Notes: generated by a model not told the origin, from the sequence alone. Positions 12,593-26,086 are shown, numbered from the stretch's first letter. The stretch is 64,000 nucleotides of DNA from Octopus bimaculoides (GCF_001194135.2 NC_068989.1:43663697-43727696), one strand, 5' to 3'. Translations and numbers: made by a program.

Positions 12593-13203
12593 GGAGCAGA
12601 GGAAGATCAGGGTAAAATAGAAGGTACCTGGAGCAGAGGAAGATCAGGGTAAAATAGAAGGTACCTGGAGCAGAGGAAGATCAGGGTAAAATAGAAGGTA
12701 CCTGGAGCAGAGGAAGATCAGGGTAAAATAGAAGGTACCTGGAGCAGAGGAAGATCAGGGTAAAATAGAAGGTACCTGGAGCAGAGGAAGATCAGGGTAA
12801 AATAGAAGGTACCTGGAGCAGAGGAAGATCAGGGTAAAATAGAAGGTACCTGGAGCAGAGAAAGATCAGGATAAAATAGAAGGTACTTGGAGGAAAGGAA
12901 GATCAGGGTAAAATAGAAGGTACCTGGAGCAGAGGAAGATCAGGGTAAAATAGAAGGTACCTGGAGCAGAGAAAGATCAGGGTAAAATATAAGGTACTTG
13001 GAGGAAAGGAAGATCAAGGTAAAATAGAAGGTACCTGGAGCAGAGAAAGATCAGGGTTAAATATAAGGTACTTGGAGGAAAGGAAGATCAGGGTAAAATA
13101 GAAGGTACCTGGAGTAGAGGAAGATCAGGGTAAAATAGAAGGTACTTGGAGGAAAGGAAGATCAGAGTAAAATAGAAGGTGCTTGGAGTAGAGGAAAATC
13201 AAG
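12593..13203. repeat. 37-bp minisatellite, 16 full units plus partials
   Basis: Unit GGAGCAGAGGAAGATCAGGGTAAAATAGAAGGTACCT starts at 12593, 12630, 12667 and so on to 13148. There are no spacers, and the unit length is not a multiple of 3. Confidence 0.97.
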
Positions 13204-13656
13204 AAATAAAAGTGGGTCAGATCTCAAGATGCTGAGCTTTAGAGATGATGATGATCATCACCATCATCATCATCATTACCACCACCACCTCTTGACTACC
13301 ATAGGCACCTGAAACAATTAACAAAAGCATAGTACAAGCTACTACATCATATTCTCTTATGAATGATGGCTGAGTGTATACATCATGTTACCATTAAAAT
13401 ACCATTCCAGAGCTTTTCCAAATCTTCTTTGATCTGTCTACACAAAATATATTTTCCACTACTGAAAGACCACATGTTTGCACCTAGCATGAGTCATCCA
13501 TCTGCAAACTGCACAGCCGTCGTCATTGAAACACATATGTCTACTCTAACCACTTCTACTTAGCCTTTCACCAAAGTCAATACATCTAAGAATCCTTTTT
13601 ATTTTTTTAAAAATTACTTTAAACCTTCTGCACCTCTGTTGCACTTGGTTCAACAG

Positions 13657-13700
13657 AGGGGAAAGCAGCTGCAGCAATGCAGTACAGAGTGCAAGATGAG
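13657..13700 (+). CDS. Candidate short exon (possible start MQYRVQDE at 13677)
   Basis: Acceptor ...gcacttggttcaacag and consensus donor GAG|gtaagtaag. No homology recognised. Confidence 0.25.
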
Positions 13701-14020
13701 GTAAGTAAGACATCTTGGTCATCCACTGCATCTGTCTCCATCTCTAATTGTCTTGACCTGGCTTGGCCTTATTACTTGATTGAATATGGTCATGGATGAG
13801 CGAGTGAGGTTGACGGTGTGCAACTCTTCTTCACTTCAAACAGTCATCATGCAAGATGTTAGTCATCATTAAGGATGACTAGATCCATTGCTCTGGCAGA
13901 TGAACATGAACATTGTCATATACAGCACTACATAGCATGGACATTCTCATTTTGCAGTAAAAAGAAAAAAAAATTTTGATTCCCTTTTGAATCACTTTGC
14001 TATCATTACTCATGCTAAAT

Positions 14021-14280
14021 CAGTGTTCCTCAACCATTATTTGCCTATGAACCCATTTCATTCTTATTTTACTCAGGGAGGGGGAACCTTATAGGCATTC
14101 AATGTCTTAAAAAACTCCAATAATACTTTTTTAAGTAAATATTATTAGGAATTGGGTAAAAAAATGTTTAAATATTTTGTGTATCGTCAAAGTATAAACA
14201 GTTTTGTTGCACATAAATTTTAGCAACAAAATCTCATATGGACCCCCTAGAGTCATATGGACTCCAGTAGAGGATCACTG
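14021..14280. mobile_element. hAT (Charlie-like) MITE with perfect 8-bp TSD
   Basis: TGCTAAAT-cagtgttcctcaacc ... gtagaggatcactg-TGCTAAAT. Confidence 0.85.
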
Positions 14281-14705
14281 TGCTAAATAAACCTCAAGTG
14301 CCCTGGAGATGAGGACACAACTACACGACACATTCATTCATGCAACACAAATAAATATATATCTGTTAGACACAAGTGAATTAGATACCTATTTCCTTGA
14401 CTTCTGATAATGAGACAGGATCAATCAATGGTTGACTTTAGTGACAGACAAAATGATAGTTGCATAGTGTTATGAAGTTGATGTCTATGAAAGGCAGAAG
14501 TGACAATGGCAAAAGGAAAACAAATGAAAGAGAAACCAGACTATAGATTCTGCAAGCTTTCCCTTCTGTTTACATTACATTTACATTATTCACATTATTA
14601 CATTCTGTTTACATTTACTTTACAACTCTCGCCAATGAATTAAATTAATAAATAACACATCTATACCTGAAGTGTTTTAACAGTATTTATGGGTGTATGT
14701 GTATG

Positions 14706-14803
<98 letters not shown>

Positions 14804-14944
14804 CATATATATGTATATATCTTTGTCTTATATCCATTTCCCATACTAGCATAGATCAGATGAAATGACTCAAGTAAGTATGGAGGAAAATAGATGTTAA
14901 AATGATGACAACACTGATGACAACAACAGTGACAATATAAAAAG

Positions 14945-15077
14945 ATCACAAATTGCTATAAAGGCAAAGAGGATGCTGTACAAAAGAAATAGTTGCAGAA
15001 GCACCAAACTGATGGAACACATCATAAAAGTGGTCAAGAGAGTTACAAGAAAGCTAATCAGGGAGAAAATTGGCTTA
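14945..15077 (+). pseudogene. RTE-type reverse transcriptase fragment
   Basis: ITNCYKGKEDA, a frameshift, then RNSCRSTKLMEHIIKVVKRVTRKLIREKI. This resembles the RTE motif YKGKGD...NYRGIKL...KV.ERV. Confidence 0.7.
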
Positions 15078-15392
15078 CATTAGATCAGTGCTTCTGAGCC
15101 ATTTTTTCACCAATATACCTCTTTAATTGATATTTTATTCTGGTGAACCACCATAGCCATTTGATGGTTAAAAAATTCTATTGTATTTACGTAATTAAGA
15201 ATCATTTGGAATTGTTCAGTCCTACCAGCGTGGCACCTTGGGTAAATGTCTTCTACTATAGCCTCAGGCCAACCAAAGCCTAGTGAATGGATTTAGTTGG
15301 CGGAAACTGAAAACAGCCTATCAAATACATATGAGCATTAAACTAATACACCTGCTTATTGTTCTTTCATCTGTCTTCATCTTTTGTTTTCT

Positions 15393-15474
<82 letters not shown>

Positions 15475-17109
15475 ATATATGCATATAGACTACATCCAAT
15501 TATTCCATAATCTAGAATTAGCTGCATGTGATGTTCGACTGCTGGTTAATCATGATAAAATCAAGAGTCTAGAATAATGTTTATGTGTAGGTGTGCTGGG
15601 CCAGTCATAGGGTTACTGGTGCCCCGGGCAAGCTGAAATTTACCGTGTACAGTCTGATGATCATGGAAATTTCCTTGTCTTTGTCACACCTTCCTTGGCA
15701 ACTGTCTGAGTTGCTGGTTCCTTGAGCCAGCCCTATACGTGTGCATGCATGTTGTATGTGTAATAGTTATAAATGAGCAGCATTTTGTCCCTCTTTACAT
15801 TCAGAGTTCAAATACCACCGAAGTTGACTTTGCTTTCCATCCTTTCGGGCTTGATAAAATAAGTACCAGTTGGGCACTGGGATCAGTGTAATTGACTTAC
15901 TCCTTCCTTGAAATTGCTGGCCTTGTACCAATATTTGAAATCAATAGTCATAAATGAGCATCATGATCATATAAGCAATACTATTTGTTTTCAATATTTC
16001 ATGGAAACATATCAAGACATGGCAAAATATTACATTGCATGGAAACAGGTGAGAGTTGGTGACAGGAAGGGCCTAGGGCCACAGAAAATCTACCTCAATT
16101 AATTCTGTCTGATCCATGCAAGCATGGGAAAATGAATATTATAGTTCTTTCTAACATTCTTTTTCTATGCATTCATCTATTAGAGGTATTTTTGTATGAG
16201 TTCATCTATTAGAGATATTAGAGATATATGCTGGCACAATAGAAATCATCGTTGGTAATGTATGGTGTAATCCCCAATTAAAGATGTGATTTTCTCCATT
16301 CTTACTCTTATCTTATACTCTGCATTCCTTGAAATTCTTCTAAGCAATATTTGAATTTACTTATCATACACAAAGAATTACCTTAGATGTTAATTCTACT
16401 TGCATTTTTTGATATCTGATTGTTTGATATAGTTAACCAAATTTGTTTAACACTGAGTGCGTTATAGATATCTGCCTGCATTCATTAATCCCTTTTACTT
16501 ATTATTATTATATATATATTGAGAGAGAGAGAGTTAGATAGATTGATAGGGATATACATATACATGCATACACACACACCAATGTTTGCTGTTGTACACT
16601 GATACCCTACTGTATCTAAGCTAACATTGATATGTGCTTACACAATACCACTGCATCAACCAAGCTAATGAGATGTTTGTTTAATAAACAGTTGCCATGA
16701 CTTCAGTTGATTGCAAATGTAACCAGGATTATAATAAAAGACTGTAACTTCATAACTCCAGTTTACTAAACATATACTTCAGACAAGATACTTCCACTGT
16801 GAGTGCCCACTGATTATTCTAGTCTTTGTAAAATAATAATAATAATAATAATAAAATAAATGGACTGCATGTTTGTGTGTACATGGACGTGTATATACAT
16901 ACAGATACATCTTAAAATTAGGAATACAAGGGATTAATAAGAGTTGTTTTTAGCAGTTAAGGATCATCTGATGTAAACAGATGAAATGCTGGTTAAATAC
17001 CAACAGACAAAGAAATTTGGTTTGAAATATCTTTGCTGTCAGCCAACAAAGTCTTTGAACTGGTATTATACAACTTTTCCTTTTTGTTATTTTCTTCTTT
17101 TTTTTTTAG

Positions 17110-17209
17110 ACTGGAATGCTACAAAATATAGTCAAGAATCTGGAGCATATAAATATCTTTCATGACTGTTTGACATTCATCACAAGGTTTCTTAGTGATG
17201 GTGGTGTTG
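17110..17209 (+). CDS. Candidate 100-nt internal exon of an unrecognised gene or lncRNA
   Basis: Long polypyrimidine acceptor ttttcttctttttttttag and donor TTG|gtgagt. One open frame: TGMLQNIVKNLEHINIFHDCLTFITRFLSDGGV. The other two frames contain stops. Confidence 0.4.
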
Positions 17210-17564
17210 GTGAGTGAAGAAGCTAAGACATTCCAAGTTTGTCTTGTCGCATGATGGAAATAAATCAAACACAAGCGAGTCAAATAAAGTAAATTAAAAA
17301 AAAAAAAACGAAAAAAATCTTGAATATAACCTTCTTTGTTCAATCCTATTGACTAAATCTATGTTCACACACACACACACACACACACATATGCATGCCC
17401 AGTTATGTAAATATATGCATGACAGTGAGACACACTTGTATTCTTTACTGCATATGTTTCATCTCTTCACCAGAAATTACAACAATTTTCTTTGCTATTT
17501 TATTAAGATATAATATATATATATACATTTACGAATTTGTGTTGCAAGATTCCTGATGAGAAAT

Positions 17565-17950
17565 CATGTTTGAAACAGATAGTGTATTTTGGGATGGTCA
17601 TTTTTTTTTTTTCGATAAATAAACACATGCACTACATATTCGTTCTTCACTCATTTATTACTGTTCTTATTTTAACTCATGTCCATTGTCCGAGAATGGA
17701 CTAAGCAGAGCAGGAGGATGGAATTTCACCTATTTCACACAAGGACGGAAAGTGTCACTGAAGATGTCACAGATGTGTGATGAAAGATTTCCGGACAATG
17801 GAAATGAATTAAAATAAGAACAGTAATAAATGAGTGAAGAATGAATATAATATAGTGTGTGTGTTTATTTCGCAAAAATAAAGAAAAAATTACCATCCCG
17901 AAATACAACATTAATGTATATAGATATTCTTTTATGTGTTTCAGCTCATG
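17565..17950. mobile_element. Inverted-repeat (foldback) element, arms about 130-160 bp
   Basis: ttcttcactcatttattactgttcttattttaa...cattgtccg mirrors ccggacaatg...ttaaaataagaacagtaataaatgagtgaagaa. Similarity extends outward to gggatggt/accatccc. Confidence 0.75.
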
Positions 17951-19219
17951 CTGGGGCACCGCCAATATTATCACCTTTTCAATGGCCACTTTAATAATTT
18001 ATATGTATGTACACATATGCATTACATATGTGTGCATCTCTTTTTTTTTTTTTTAATAGGTACCCCATATCTCTGCATATTGTAAGGAGCAGCTAAATGG
18101 GTGATATTAGATAAGATATTTGACCATAAAAACACTGCCTTTACAAGGCCTATTCAGCTCATGCCAACATGGAAACATGTGAGAGTTGGCAAGAGGAAGG
18201 GCATCCAGCTGTAGAAAGAAAGATCTGCTTCAATGAATTCTATCTGACCCATGCAAGCATAGGAAAGTGAACATTAAGATGATGATGATGACGATAATGA
18301 TGATGATGATGAATTTCCCACCAAATTAAAGAAATCTACTCAAATAACTGATATTTTGACATGGTGAAAGAATAGCAGTACAAATGATACCAACTATAAA
18401 AAAAGAAACAAAAAAAAACTTTCTTTTTTTGACTCATGCAGAAGGAACGTTAACCAACCATAACAAAGTACCTTACCAGATTTACATAAAATATTTCACT
18501 TGAACACAATGAATCCCGATTACAAGACTGATGAATTACTTTTGCAAAGCTGATAAAACAGAATACTAAATGTAGTGATTGTTATGTTGCATTAATATTA
18601 GAAATGCACTATAAAAACAGAAATATATTTACTGAGAATAAAAACACAAGCTAGAAAGTCTAACTGACCAATGTAATGGAATAATGTAACCGCTAAACAT
18701 GAAAGCTGTAAAATGATTTCACATGCCAAGCAGACATTTATAAGAAGGTTCTATTGCAAAAACTTGATAGTAAAAACACTAATAATTAATATTACCACAC
18801 TACCAAAAGAGACTAATAGCTAGCACAATCATAGTTTAATTATAAATGTCATTGTTTTAACATCCACTTTTCCATGCTCGCTGAGTCAGATGTAATTTGG
18901 TGAGGTAGATTTTCTATGGTTGGATGTTCTTCCGGTCACCAACCCTCACCTGTTTCCAACTAAGGTAATATCTACCATTTGAACATGAACACTGTGAAGG
19001 TTAAACATGTTTTTTCAAAGAAGATAGCAAACAAACGACACAACTTGTTTGACTGATAGTGATGTTTGTTAACAAGTATGTCAAGACAAAGAAACACAAA
19101 CATACATGCACACCAACATACACATACATATATAATATATATAAAGCAGAAAAGCATAAATATCAAAGATGGATCATAAACTTTTTTTTTTCCACTGGAT
19201 TTATTGTGAAGTAACAAGG

Positions 19220-19535
19220 CAGTGGTTCTCAACCACTTTTTACCTATGGATCCCTTTGGTTACTATTTTCTACTGATGAACCCCCATAGCCATTTGAGTT
19301 TAAAAATTAGTTTTATAGATACTTCTTTCAAAATTCAAAATATAGTTCAACCTACACTAACTTGTGTAGGTTGAACTATATAAGACATAAGAAAAATTCA
19401 ACTGATTTTTGCAATAAATATATCTACAGCAAAATTTTTTCATGGACCCTTAAAATACTACTATGGATCCCAATTTACTATTTTGCTAGCATGGACCCCC
19501 AACAATTTTATATGGACTCCAGCTGAGAATCACAG
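19220..19535. mobile_element. hAT (Charlie-like) MITE, same family as 14021-14280
   Basis: cagtggttctcaacc...gctgagaatcacag, with degenerate 8-bp TSD taacaagg/ttataagg. Confidence 0.8.
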
Positions 19536-19614
19536 TTATAAGGTGTTGGAGTTTAACAACCAATTACTGAATTTTTAATTACCATGGGTATATATTTTTT
19601 CATGTTATATGCAT

Positions 19615-19668
<54 letters not shown>

Positions 19669-19671
<3 letters not shown>

Positions 19672-21636
19672 TAAAATCTTGTGATAAAGTTGAGGGGACA
19701 GGCTAAAAACTTCAACACAAGCGAAGTTCGAGACAACCAAAGTTCAAAAACTTGAAGTCATTTTGTAAATGTGAGTTGATAAAAAAATTTGGAAACATTT
19801 GTCAGGAACTTGAAAACTAACATGTTCAAAAGTAAGCATTTATTATCACAAAATATTTTCAAAATAATAACTTCATAATTGCAAAAAATTATCTTTTAGA
19901 ATTGCTACATACAAAATAATCTTCTATGACACTTTACTTGTAGCTTTTTCTTTTCCTATTTTCTATGAAAATTTCCAACCGAGTTACAAGAGCAAACATG
20001 CCAGCAGAGTTCTTGTGGATTTGAATAAACTGTCTCAGAGTAGAGCTTGAAGCTAGTGCAGAAGATGGAGTAGATATTGGTTGAATTAAATCTTCTGAGT
20101 CAGATTCTTCATCAGTTTCTGTAGCTGTTGGGTTGTATTTTTGAATGATAGTGTTTATTATGGCTTCAGCAGTAATCAATTTTGCTACGATGATGTTGCC
20201 ATCAAAGGAGTCAGGTAAGTCAAGTCCTACTTGTCTTGCTTGTCAAAATAATTCTGCGAGTGGTATTTAGTCATTTATGTCATTGGTAGTGTCCAGAGTG
20301 TTGCTGGAAAATCCAGCATGTTTATAGCAGTTTGATATTGTATTTTTAGTGACATATGACCAGGCATGTTGTAATAAATGCAGAGCATCCAACACAGTAA
20401 CTGTTGTAAATTCTGAGTTTTCTTCTGTGGATGATATAACCTTGTCCACAAGTAGATGTCAGTAGTGAGTTTTGATGTTTTTGATTATCCCTTGATCCAT
20501 AGGCTGAGTCTTTGAGGTAGTGTTGGGTGGTAAAAAATAGAGTGTTATGTTAGTGAGCTGAATCTGTGAGTGTGACGGGACGTTGTCCAACACTAGGGCA
20601 ATTGTGAGACTGATGGTTTGGTCAACTTTCTTCAGCCAGTTGGTGAAAATTGCTGTAGTCATCCAAGCTTTTTTGTTTGCAGTGCACTCTGTGGGTAGTG
20701 TTTTGACGCCTTTGAAGCACCTGGGATTGAGTGATTTTCCAATAACATACAATAGAAGTTTGTGGGTGCCAGTCATATTACTGCATGGTAAGATAGTGAT
20801 TCTGTCTTTTGAGAGTTTTCCACCATTACATTGTTCTCCTTTAAGTGTTAGTGATTTGGATGGTAGCAATTTGTAAAAAAGTCCAGATTCGTCCACATTG
20901 TAGATGTCATCGGGTGAGTACTTTACAAGTGGTGTTGGTAGTGTAATAGTGTACCATGTATTTACTTGTTTATTTTCAACGCTGTTAGCTTTCCTGTTAA
21001 TAGTTTTAAAAGTTATGTTATAGCATTCTTTGAAGCAATTGAGCCATCCTTCACTACAGTTGAAATCTGAGTGTTGAAGATTCTTTGCCAGATTGAGTGC
21101 TTTTGCCTGCAAAATAGGCCCAGATATTGAGATATTCTGAGTTTGGGCATTCTGAAACCACAAAAGTAGCACTTCTTCAATGTTAGGATGTTTGCAGAAA
21201 CAAATTGTCTTGCATTCCAAACCACTATTTTGGTAGGCTTCTTTGATTTAGGCAGACGATTTTATCCGCATTGACAGTGTGTTAAAAGGTATTTCAAACT
21301 GTTTGGCAATTTCTGGGCTTTTTTTTTTTACCTTTTTCAATTTCCATAATAGCTTGGTATTTGATGTATATTTTGTGTACAGTGAGTTTTCTTTTAATGA
21401 AAGCCATATTTGATTTAGGAAAAGTATCATTTTGAGATGAATCAAAAGTCCAGTGCAAGATTATCAAACTGCTTAGTAAAATTCTCAAAAAATATGTTTG
21501 CACAACTTGATATTATCAATATTACCACAATATACACAAAGTCAATGTCAAGTACTGTTAAAAACAGAACCATGATAAACATTCATATATGCACAAATTA
21601 AAACTAATGAGAAGTCTATTTCACAAAATTTTACTT
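19669..21636 (-). mobile_element. Decayed pogo/Tigger DNA transposon
   Basis: TIR-like ends cagtaaaatcttgtgataaag (19669) and the reverse complement aagtaaaattttgtgaaatag (21636), 17 of 21 matching, flank a transposase relic. Confidence 0.8.
19934..21407 (-). pseudogene. Tigger-type transposase pseudogene (HTH-psq, CENP-B-type HTH, DDE_1), frameshifted
   Basis: MAFIKRK...EIAKQFEIPFNTLS, EVLLLWF...ISGPILQAKA...SEGWL, YNVDESGLF, LVLDNVPSH, FLPPNTTSKTQPMDQGII and HAWSYV are spread over several frames. There are 29 residues between the second and third catalytic Asp. Confidence 0.92.
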
Positions 21637-22939
21637 TGAAAAATTGACGTTTTTACAGTACAAGTTTTGGGTACAAAATGTTTGAACTCAAAACTGAGAT
21701 ACTCTTAGAAATTAAAAAATTGTTACACAAACTAAAGAACAGAAAATATTCTAGAAGCTTGAAGAGATAAGCTGAAATGAGCTTGAAATTTTAATGTGAA
21801 TCAAACAAAGGAGATTATAGGAATGGAGTCAAAATAATAACAGTTATAATTTAATGTAATGCTATGAAGAGTTGTGATACTGTGAAACAAATTTACTATC
21901 AAAACATATGACTACTACACATCGTAATCCTCTCATATCATATAAATATCATGTGTTTTAACTCATTTGTGTTTTCAAATACACATGAACAGTAAATGCG
22001 AAATAAGTATGTTTACTAACTTTCATTTGTGATTCTCAAAAATACATCCTTATTACTGTATAGTTTGTATATAACAGAGTATTACTCAATTATAATAGCA
22101 AAAAAATCTGAAGTGCACTCGACTCAAGTTCTCTTTACACTTCAACACAATAAGAGTTATTATAAAGTATTATTACATTGATGGGAGACTAATTTACTCC
22201 AAGTTAAGCTTTTACTGTGTATACATATATATATATTGGAAAATGTGTGAATCCTTGGTACAGTTAGGCATATTTGAAAAAAGAAAAAAATGACTTCACT
22301 GGTAGTTCTAACCAGTTTGATTTATTATTTTTTAATAATATAAATTTTACATTTTAGTCCATAGATCTAGTAAGTTCATTGTTAACTTGGGTGGGAAGAT
22401 TTTTTACGAAAATTCCTTGTTAACTTTTCTGGAGAACTTTCTCATATTTGTTGTCAAACAGATCTGAGGGTTTGGGGTTTTGTGATCCTATATATGGGAT
22501 CTGGGTGTGTTTGGGGTGGGTTTAGGGTTTGTTAATCAGTGTGGGAGTGAATGAGCGTTGATGAATACACACACACACATACAATGGGCTTCTTTCAGTT
22601 TCTGTCTAACAAATCCATTCACAAGGCTTTGGTCAGTCCAGGATTATAGTAAAGACACTCACATAAGCTGCTACACAGTGAGAGTGAACCTAAGACAAAC
22701 ATGATTGCAAAACAAACTTCTTAATCACACAGCTATGCCTGAGCCTAATCTAAATATTAAATAAGGTTTAGGGCCATTAGTTCAGGGTTCTGAGTTGAAA
22801 TTTACTCCAATTATATAATGGCTGAATTCACATGGCTGTGATCCATGGAAAGCTACATTTTCCAATTATGAAACACTACAAATGATAAATTATATAATTA
22901 TTATAGCATCAACCAAACTATCAGATGCTGATATACACC

Positions 22940-23250
22940 ATCACCATCATCGTCGTCATCGTTTAACGTCCGCTTTCCATGCTAGCATGGGTTGGACGAT
23001 TTGACTGAGGACTGGTGAAACCCGATTGCTACACCAGGCTCCAATCTGATTTGGCAGAGTTTCTACAGCTGGATACCCTTCCTAACGCCAACCACTCCGA
23101 GAGTATAGTGGGTGCTTTTACGTGCCACCGGCATGAAGGCCAGTCAGGCGGTACTGGCAACGGCCACGCTCAAAATGGTGTATTTTATGTGCCACCCGCA
23201 CAAGAGCCAGTCCAGGGGCACTGGCAACGATCTCGCTCGAAAGTCCTTAC
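22940..23250 (-). mobile_element. RTE-like LINE 3' UTR copy with (GAT)n tail
   Basis: catcgtttaacgtccgctttccatgctagcatgggttggacg..., highly similar to the copy at 41325-41570. Confidence 0.75.
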
Positions 23251-24044
23251 ACATGCCGCTAGGTACAATGTGCTTCACATTACTCAACTTCCGAATAATG
23301 CCACCCAGCTGGCTAGATGGACAGGAATGCTGTATGTCACAGGGTTACCCATTTACTGAGTAGACTGGAGCAACATGAAATAAAGTGTTTTGCTCATGAT
23401 TACAATGCATATATGGTCTGGGAATCGAAACCATGATCTTGCAATTATGAGTGCAACACCTTGACCACTAAACCATGCGTCTTTACATGTAATTGTATAA
23501 CCCATAAATTAACAGGTTGCTAGAGATATCTGGTGACTAGCAAAGAAATTCAATGCAGACCATCCACTTGTCTTTTAATGACTACAGTGAGTAACTAACA
23601 TCAGTTGAGACAATGAAATATAAATCATTCTGATCAATGTGACCTTGTAATAGCGCAGCAGAAATTGGTAGAGAGAGAATTTTTAATATTCCACACATCA
23701 GTAGAGACAAGATAGGATAACTAGAAGGTATGAGTATATAACATTAAAAATAAACTGTAGCATTGTTATATTGTCAATCTATCACATTTAACAGAAAAGT
23801 TGCTATCTTGATACCAACACAGACATTATTTTGTATTTTTCTTTTTCTCAGAGGCATCACCCATTTAGGAGAATTAACCAGATGTTGTCTGCTTTCATAT
23901 GTACCTCAATGTATACACAGACAAACAGGTCCTACATACACTTTTTCTTTCGTTCTTTCTTTCTTTCTTTTTGTCAACAGACATTAACAATGATTAGAAA
24001 AAGCTATAGAGAGACCTACTAAGATATATGTTTTATTTTAATGT

Positions 24045-24480
24045 TTAGGCCTGAAGGAAAGGTCTATAGCAATGGTTTTCTCAGGCTTGCTATTACTGAT
24101 CCAGTCTATGTCCATGATGGAAGTGCAAAAGACAAAAGAAGGGTGTGAATTTCGCATTGGTGACATTCTACGAAGAAAGGGCAGAGAGAAGTAGTTAGTA
24201 TGACACAGGGGAGTAACAACCAATTGGGTGACAAGAAGTGAAGAGTCCATTGAGTAAAGTGGGCTTGAGTGGAAGTGACACAAGATCAACTAGCTCCAAT
24301 ACAAGAGATCATTGTAGTAGTGGTAGAAGAGGCAAAGTAAAGTGCCAGCACATCAATGGGCGAGAAGTTGTAGTGTTGTTGAGTGATTTCCTTTAATACA
24401 GTCTAGGCTGTCTGTACATGTAGAATTCCATTGTGGGGCTCATCTGAATTTCTATAGTTGGATAAGTAACCGAAGGAAGC
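24045..24480 (-). pseudogene. CR1/Jockey-group LINE ORF2 C-terminal remnant
   Basis: TTLQLLAH*CAGTLLCLFYHYYN...LCHTNYFSLPFLRRMS resembles the post-RT motif L.PLAHR...SLFYRYY of CR1-group elements. It has stops and frameshifts. Confidence 0.55.
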
Positions 24481-24799
24481 ATGAAGAAAAAGGCTAGGAC
24501 TTGGGGGGTGCATAGCATGTGGCCACTTTGAGGATTTTAGTTATATGTTGTTCATATCTGAGGGAGTACAATACTGTGTCCAGTCCCTTAACTTCACAGC
24601 TAATAATCACATGATTATTAATCCAGCCTTTAAATTTCACAACTAATGACCCTAATCAATAATCTAGTTCCTTAACTCTACAAACAAATGACCATGTGAT
24701 TGGTCATCCAGCCTCTTAGCAACCAATGTACCTCATATTAAAAAATCATCATTTATATTCTTATACAAAGCGCTGTACCAAAACAATTCTCTCTAGAGT

Positions 24800-25180
24800 C
24801 TACTTTCTCTTATTTTTTTATCTTTTACTTGACTGAGGGTTTTAGTTGAACAAGTCAACCCCAGGACCTATTTTTATTCTATCAGTCTCTTTTGCCTAAT
24901 CGCTAAGTTATGAGAGACATAAACACACCAACACTAGATTTTGAGTGGTGGTGGTGGTGGGATAAACACAGAGACAAAGACATTCACGCGTGTGCATGCA
25001 CACACACACATGCAACAGGCTTCTTTCAGTTTCATTCTACCAAATCTACTCACAAGGCTTTGGTCTGCTTGAGGTTATAGTAGAAGACATTTACCCAAGG
25101 TGCCATGCAGTGGGACTGAAACCCAGACCATGTGGTTGAGAATTAAGCTTCTTACCACACAGCCATGTCTACACCTACAA
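24800..25180 (-). mobile_element. tRNA-headed SINE family A, near full length
   Basis: Reverse-complement head catggctgtgtggtaagaagc...gggtttcagtcccactgcatggcaccttgggtaaatgtcttctac, plus the matching tail. Confidence 0.8.
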
Positions 25181-26044
25181 ACAATATACCTAAGAAGATA
25201 ACTAATATGAAGCCCTGTTGCAAAGTAATTGCATCTGTAATTGACAGGATGTTGTGCAGCATTTGTTCTCGTTCTTTGCATTCTGAGTTCAAATCCTGCC
25301 AGGGCCTACAAGGATGGTAGTCTTAATCCATCATCCAGAATACTACCACCACATTACAAAAATACACAGCCACCACTGTCACCACCACTTACAGCCTTAG
25401 CTGCATTTAGCACCATTCAACCATTCAAGCCAGGTCTCCAACTAGCCTTGGAGGTTTTTGTAAAATGTCGTGGGCACTACCTTCTCTCCTGACTTTTAGT
25501 AAAACCAAAAAGAAAATATGGCGTTGGGAGGTACCATAGCATTGTTGAAAACGCCTGCTGTAGGATTTACTGATAATTTTCTCAAGACTGCAACTAGATC
25601 CTTACAATGTCAAACATAGCTCACTAATAAAAGTTCACTTTTCTAAATTAATAATTAAAGAAGATAGAGTTGCACTGTAGCTACTTAACTGTTAAAATGA
25701 ATGCATTTTGAACTACATATATGCCCTACTCTTCTTTAAGATGGGTTGGAAATTGTTTTGTATTGTTAGCAACAAAAAAAACAAAAAAAAAACAAAACAA
25801 AGCAAGACAAGACATAAGAGCTGTTGATCGAATTCTGTCTTATAAAAATGTAATTAAATGATTCGATATCACGATTCATAAGTGAGTTTTCTCAGTAGTT
25901 GTTATGCTCTGAGAAGGAATTAGTGGTGGGGATATAACGCTATTTTCAACACATTAGGTGTGATCTCACTTTGAGAACTTAATTGTACAGGATGGTCTGC
26001 AGATCCCGTGTCAGAATCAGAAATAACTTTATCACACACACACA

Positions 26045-26081
<37 letters not shown>

Positions 26082-26086
26082 ACACA

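Noticed and set aside
12593-13203. CRISPR-like 37-bp direct repeats
   Set aside because: Units are head-to-tail with no unique spacers, there are no cas genes, and the context is eukaryotic. It is a minisatellite.
17748-17800. Hammerhead-like CTGAAGA-tGTCACAgatgTGTGAT-GAAA in the centre of the foldback element
   Set aside because: Core and stem II look plausible, but no stem I or stem III pairing could be built around an NUH site.
18477-18549. 73-nt minus-strand segment with AG/GT boundaries
   Set aside because: The only open frame (FAKVIHQSCNRDSLCSSEIFYVNL) has no recognisable homology and cannot supply TM1. It may be chance or non-coding.
22206-22217. Alternative right TIR for the Tigger element (cagtaaaagctt on minus)
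   Set aside because: It is a shorter match than the candidate ending at 21636 and would imply an unusually long 5' region.
22380-22520. Possible very old Penelope ORF remnant (QIPYIG on minus)
   Set aside because: One short motif only; too degraded to support a call.
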